Shown here piece after piece: positions 63,703 through 64,000 of a stretch of 64,000 nt of DNA. The notes beneath the pieces were generated by a model. The model saw only the letters and a program-made list of their open reading frames with translations, had not been told where the DNA came from and ran no database searches. The DNA is taken from NCBI GenBank assembly GCA_012729475.1, contig JAAYDB010000057.1, forward strand, positions 5,203 through 69,202, given 5' to 3'. Every line of letters starts with the position of its first letter. Position 1 is the first letter of the stretch. Source of the stretch: Bacteroidota bacterium (GTDB lineage Bacteria; Bacteroidota; Bacteroidia; Bacteroidales; VadinHA17). The position numbers and the translations under genes are program-made.

Positions 63703-64000
63703 ATGAGAATATTCAGAAGTTTTAAGGAAGCAAAAGGGCTTAAGAATCCTGTTGTTACAACCGGATCTTTTGATGGTGTTCATATTGGGCATAAAACTAT
63801 TATTAACCGGCTTAAGATGCTGGCAGAAAGATATGACGGTGAATCCCTTCTCATTACTTTTGATCCGCATCCCCGGAAAGTTCTGTACCCTGAAACAGCA
63901 GGCCGTGATCTGAAGCTTATCAATTCTCAGGAGGAAAAACTTGAGTTACTGAGTAAAGCAGGTCTGGACAATGTTATAATCATTGAGTTCACAAGAGAAT
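63703..64000 (+). CDS. ribF: Bifunctional riboflavin kinase/FAD synthetase, N-terminal part (runs off the window)
   Basis: My own translation: MRIFRSFKEAKGLKNPVVTTGSFDGVHIGHKTII...ITFDPHPRKV, which contains the FAD-synthetase motifs GxFDGxHxGH and FDPHP. Confidence 0.85.
   Translation, partial: MRIFRSFKEAKGLKNPVVTTGSFDGVHIGHKTIINRLKMLAERYDGESLLITFDPHPRKVLYPETAGRDLKLINSQEEKLELLSKAGLDNVIIIEFTRE

Overview
Chromosomal window from a Bacteroidota-type anaerobe. Supporting evidence: roughly 40% GC by eye, TAnnTTTG -7 promoter boxes, and the synteny rpsU-xerC-hpf-tRNA(Thr,Tyr,Gly,Thr)-tuf-tRNA(Trp)-secE-nusG-rplKAJL-rpoBC-DUF3467. Positions 1-24.6 kb hold the conserved translation/transcription core plus envelope and housekeeping genes, almost all on the + strand. 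Positions 24.7-51.6 kb hold mixed-orientation metabolic, envelope and signalling genes: asnA, pdxB, dcp, malic enzyme, KDPG aldolase, glycerate kinase, SPFH/NfeD, a 7TM sensor kinase and a propeller-PP2C sensor. The stand-out region is 51.6-63.7 kb, a hydrogenase-centred signalling island. It contains a HydC/HydB/HydA-like trimeric [FeFe]-hydrogenase operon whose HydA-like subunit has a sensory-type active-site pocket. The same + strand unit continues with an H-cluster-domain::histidine-kinase fusion, a lone receiver, a receiver-kinase hybrid and Rex. A divergent operon encodes a small 2Fe-2S protein, a PAS-type HydS-like protein and a PP2C phosphatase. A clostridial-type Rex operator overlaps the hydCBA promoter. 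Elsewhere, an FAD-oxidoreductase gene carries an in-frame TAA. I saw no rRNA, CRISPR array, IS element or prophage. All calls come from reading motifs, synteny and secondary-structure potential by eye. No database or HMM search was run, so family names are recognitions, not search results.
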